Below are positions 60,700-64,000 of a stretch of DNA of 64,000 bases, one piece after another. The position numbers were made by a program, and so were the translations under genes. A model generated the notes under the pieces. It worked only from the letters and a program-made list of their open reading frames with translations, searched no databases and was not told the origin of the DNA. The DNA comes from a virus (Duplodnaviria > Caudoviricetes), in the IMG/VR virus record IMGVR_UViG_3300009694_000016, positions 27,960-91,959 of that record, one strand, 5' to 3'. The stretch's first letter is position 1; each line of letters opens with the position of its first letter.

Positions 60700-62482
60700 A
60701 CTATGGTTCGGTTTAGTGGAAGACAATAAAGATCCTGATAGACTAGGAAGAATAAAAGCAAGAGTTCAAAGTGTATTTGATAACATACCAATCGAGGACA
60801 TACCGTGGGCCACGCCTATAAAAACTTTGAGCGCAAGATCGTATGAAGCTCCAGCTATTGGCAAAATTGTGTCCGTTTTCTTTCCAAACGATAATCTTTA
60901 TGAGCCTTACTATATGTACGCGGATCATTATAATGTAAATCTTGGAAAGAAATTATCTGATTTGAGTGATGATGAATATGCCAATTTTGTAGCTGTATTA
61001 TTTGATCACAGAACAAAAGTATATGCGGATGATAGTGCCCTTACTATGGATTATCTATATAATAAGATAACTATAACTAATGATAATATAAACTTAGAGT
61101 TAAAAGATAATAATAGAAAAGTAAATATAGGTTGTAAGACCGCTTCTCAACAAGCTGTTTTAGGAAATCACTGGTTTGATTGGTTTGATAAATTTGTTGC
61201 GTGTCTTATAAAACCAAACTCATTAATAGGAAATTTGAATTCTCCTGTTCTAAAAACCGAGCTCGAACAACTTTTGACCGAATATCAATTAAAAAGAGAG
61301 ACTTTTGTTTCAGATCACGTTTACATAGTAGATGACAACAAAGTAGATAAATTAGAAATGAAATATAACAGCCCGATTATGGATGACGGTGTTAAAATAA
61401 ATAGTAATCCTATTGCTGGAAATAATTTTGGAGATGTAAATACTCAGAATTTATCACAAAATATAAAAGATCAAAAAGATCAACAACTAGAAACTCTTAT
61501 GGAAGCTGCCCCCAGTGATCTTAAAAATCAAGAAGATGTAAAAGATTTAAGTGAGGAGCAAGCCTCTGGTGATAAATCTGGAGATACTAGTCTTCAAAAT
61601 GTTTATTCAGAAGTTGTTAATAATCAAGAAAATGAAATAACCAAAGAAGAATATGACACTAAAAGATCTAAGGAATTAGAAACTCTTATAGTTTATGAAG
61701 ATGTGGATGAGCAACAAGACGCTGATGATCTGATATATGATTTGGAAATAAGTGGTCAAGTTACAGAAGACGTCATAACAGATTATGAAGACAGTAATAT
61801 GGTTTTTCTAGCTCCAGATAATAGTAAATATATTGATAAAACTGAGCCAAAAACAACAACGCCAGATGAGCAATATACACCAGCATCAACTTCTGACTGC
61901 AAGGATATAACTTCTACAAATATAAATAAATTTATGAAATTGTCAAATAAATTCTATCTAAAAGATTTATTGGCAAATTCTACATCAGAAGCTCAAAACT
62001 TTATATACAACGGCGGTTCAAAAACACAGAATGGTTTGACGAGAGTTCAAATTGTATGTAATCTTAAAAACTTATGTGTTAATTGTTTGGATGCTATTAA
62101 AACTAAATATCCACAAATGTACATATCAAGCTCTTTTAGAACAAACGGATCGCTTGCCAGATCTAGTAATTCATCACAACATAATTTAGGTCAAGCAGTT
62201 GATTTTCAAATTAAAGGATTGAAACATAAAGAATATTATGATGTTGCTACTTATATAAAAGATTACATTAAAAATTATGATCAATTGTTATTAGAATATA
62301 GAACAAGCGGAAGACATCCTTGGATCCACATATCATATACAAACGGAAAAGATAGTAGTTACAAAAGAAATAGAAAAATGAACATCACAATGTTAAATGA
62401 TAAATCTTACAAAAGACCAGGAGATCGTGGGTTTACAAATTTGGCTGGGCAGGACGGAAAAGATCCAAATACTGTTACTTAA
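60683..62482 (+). CDS. Baseplate spike protein (gp5-like OB fold) with C-terminal M15 peptidase
   Basis: GLVEDNKDPDRLGRIKARV...IPWA...PAIGKIVSVFF; SSFRT...SQHNLGQAVDF...WIHISY. Confidence 0.85.
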   Translation: MKDLDKLWFGLVEDNKDPDRLGRIKARVQSVFDNIPIEDIPWATPIKTLSARSYEAPAIGKIVSVFFPNDNLYEPYYMYADHYNVNLGKKLSDLSDDEYANFVAVLFDHRTKVYADDSALTMDYLYNKITITNDNINLELKDNNRKVNIGCKTASQQAVLGNHWFDWFDKFVACLIKPNSLIGNLNSPVLKTELEQLLTEYQLKRETFVSDHVYIVDDNKVDKLEMKYNSPIMDDGVKINSNPIAGNNFGDVNTQNLSQNIKDQKDQQLETLMEAAPSDLKNQEDVKDLSEEQASGDKSGDTSLQNVYSEVVNNQENEITKEEYDTKRSKELETLIVYEDVDEQQDADDLIYDLEISGQVTEDVITDYEDSNMVFLAPDNSKYIDKTEPKTTTPDEQYTPASTSDCKDITSTNINKFMKLSNKFYLKDLLANSTSEAQNFIYNGGSKTQNGLTRVQIVCNLKNLCVNCLDAIKTKYPQMYISSSFRTNGSLARSSNSSQHNLGQAVDFQIKGLKHKEYYDVATYIKDYIKNYDQLLLEYRTSGRHPWIHISYTNGKDSSYKRNRKMNITMLNDKSYKRPGDRGFTNLAGQDGKDPNTVT

Positions 62483-63273
62483 TCTAAATCCCAATCTTCT
62501 TCACCATAAGGATCTTCTGGAGACGTAACTCTCATAGGTTCTCTAACATACAAAACTAAATTATCATTGACTGGAAATCCGCTGTGTAGTACTCCGTGTT
62601 TGTCTCCCAAATCAATAAACACCGTTGGACAATCTGAATAATATCCACTATCTTTTGAATAAACCGAGTTTAGCATTAAATATTCACTATCTCTAACATT
62701 ATATAATTCCTGTGGATCGCTAAACCAAATTTTTAATAAAACATAACTTCCAATATATTTAGAGAGTTCGTCTTCAATCAATTTGTGTTTATTTATATGT
62801 AGTTTATATTTATCATATAATTCATCTAATCTAACTATTTTTATAACTTTATCTAATTTAGCACCTTCATTCATTTCCCACTCTTCTTCTCCATAAGGAT
62901 CTACATCTTGATATTTTAATCTTAGTTTCTCTAATTCATCTTTTCTCTTTCTTTCAAATTCTGAATCAACTAAAGTTAAAAGATCAAATCTTATATAATA
63001 TGAACAATTAGTCGGATCATATATGCAACCGGAAAAGTCTTTCTGCCCGCTATGTAAACCATTATGAAATCTATTAGGAAATTTAACCAGCGCTGATCTT
63101 GGTTCAATGTCGATTATTTTTCCTATTTCGCCTTTAAATGTAATTTGACTTTGTTCGCCTTTGCAAATAACATAGTCACCAATTTGAAATGGGTGTGTTT
63201 TATTAGACACATCTTTTTTGTAGAATTTAGAATCGTATTCTTCTTTAATATATTCAGAATATTTTTTAATCAT
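62479..63273 (-). CDS. Hypothetical; CTS-like N-terminus, KOW-like module, two DPYGEE(E/D)W tags
   Basis: MIKKYSEYIKEE; FQIGDYVIC. Confidence 0.65.
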   Translation of the reverse strand: MIKKYSEYIKEEYDSKFYKKDVSNKTHPFQIGDYVICKGEQSQITFKGEIGKIIDIEPRSALVKFPNRFHNGLHSGQKDFSGCIYDPTNCSYYIRFDLLTLVDSEFERKRKDELEKLRLKYQDVDPYGEEEWEMNEGAKLDKVIKIVRLDELYDKYKLHINKHKLIEDELSKYIGSYVLLKIWFSDPQELYNVRDSEYLMLNSVYSKDSGYYSDCPTVFIDLGDKHGVLHSGFPVNDNLVLYVREPMRVTSPEDPYGEEDWDLD

Positions 63274-63611
63274 CTTCTTCTAATATTTTCTTTTTCTATA
63301 ATCTTTTGCCATTTCCAATGAAGATCTAACCAAAATTTTTGTCCTTGCGGGCTAGCGTCCCAATTAAATGGTCCTGAAATATAATTCATTGGATCTTGAT
63401 TATCAAAAGTATCGGGATAATTTACACGAGTAATATCGAGAGCTTTATTTTCACTATTCTTTATGTATTCTTCGAGACAATCATGTTTTATTAAAAATTC
63501 TCTAAGTCTACGATTGGATATAAAATCGTCCGGCTCTTCTTCAATTTCCATTCCTTCATCTTCGTCAAAATCGATAGACTCTTTTAAATATTCAGAATAT
63601 TTTTTAATCAT
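63270..63611 (-). CDS. Hypothetical with CTS-like N-terminus
   Basis: MIKKYSEYLKES; TAATATATA 5 nt upstream. Confidence 0.65.
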   Translation of the reverse strand: MIKKYSEYLKESIDFDEDEGMEIEEEPDDFISNRRLREFLIKHDCLEEYIKNSENKALDITRVNYPDTFDNQDPMNYISGPFNWDASPQGQKFWLDLHWKWQKIIEKENIRRR

Positions 63612-63674
63612 AAAACTATATATTAAAAACTCTTACTAAAATTTTGACTAAATATAGAAAAACAATACTAAACA

Positions 63675-64000
63675 ATGGCTGTTAAAAATCAATTATGGTG
63701 GAGAAAATATAGACCAAAGAACTTGGGCACCATTATACTTCTCCCAAGAATTAAAAAAGTTATAGAAAATGGAATTCAACAAGACATGATATTTCATGGA
63801 CATCCCGGAACAGGAAAATCCACATTAATAGAAATATTGTTAAAAGATAAAAATTCCTTGAAGATCAACGCTTCAATGGAAAATGGAATTGATACTCTAA
63901 GAGATAAGATAACAGATTTCTGTGAATCAATGCCCAGCCCTTTTGTCAAGACTGACGACAAAATGAAATATGTTTATCTGGAAGAATTTGACAGAACCAC
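63675..64000 (+). CDS. Clamp loader large subunit (T4 gp44/RFC-like), partial
   Basis: Manual translation MAVKNQLWWRKYRP...GHPGTGKST...INASMENGIDTLR...YLEEFD. Confidence 0.88.
   Translation, partial: MAVKNQLWWRKYRPKNLGTIILLPRIKKVIENGIQQDMIFHGHPGTGKSTLIEILLKDKNSLKINASMENGIDTLRDKITDFCESMPSPFVKTDDKMKYVYLEEFDRT

Noticed and set aside
1-64000. Stop-codon reassignment as seen in some large Bacteroidota phages
   Set aside because: Conserved genes are full length under the standard code and coding density is high.

Overview
AT-rich window from a large T4-like (jumbo) myophage, most likely infecting Bacteroidota (TAnnTTTG promoter, A-rich leaders without Shine-Dalgarno, host-type lipoprotein). It holds a glycosyl/carbamoyl/methyl-transferase cluster, tail and baseplate genes (sheath, tube, gp26/gp53/gp5-like), replication genes (gp32 SSB, gp41 helicase, UvsX, clamp loader, class II RNR with an intein), NadE and several free-standing endonucleases. 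Main observations: (1) the large terminase is split into two genes about 12 kb and 15 genes apart, cut inside the Walker A motif and flanked by the halves of an atypically split intein; (2) a roughly 1.05 kb minus-strand non-coding unit looks like an array of structured RNAs separated by three identical boxA-like 12-mers; (3) about 20 unrelated proteins, including NadE, share a T4 capsid-targeting-like N-terminus, and six proteins (five of them from this set) carry a DPYGEEDW-type peptide tag; (4) a candidate +1 frameshift links a gp26-like gene to the next ORF. All calls come from reading motifs by eye; no searches were run.
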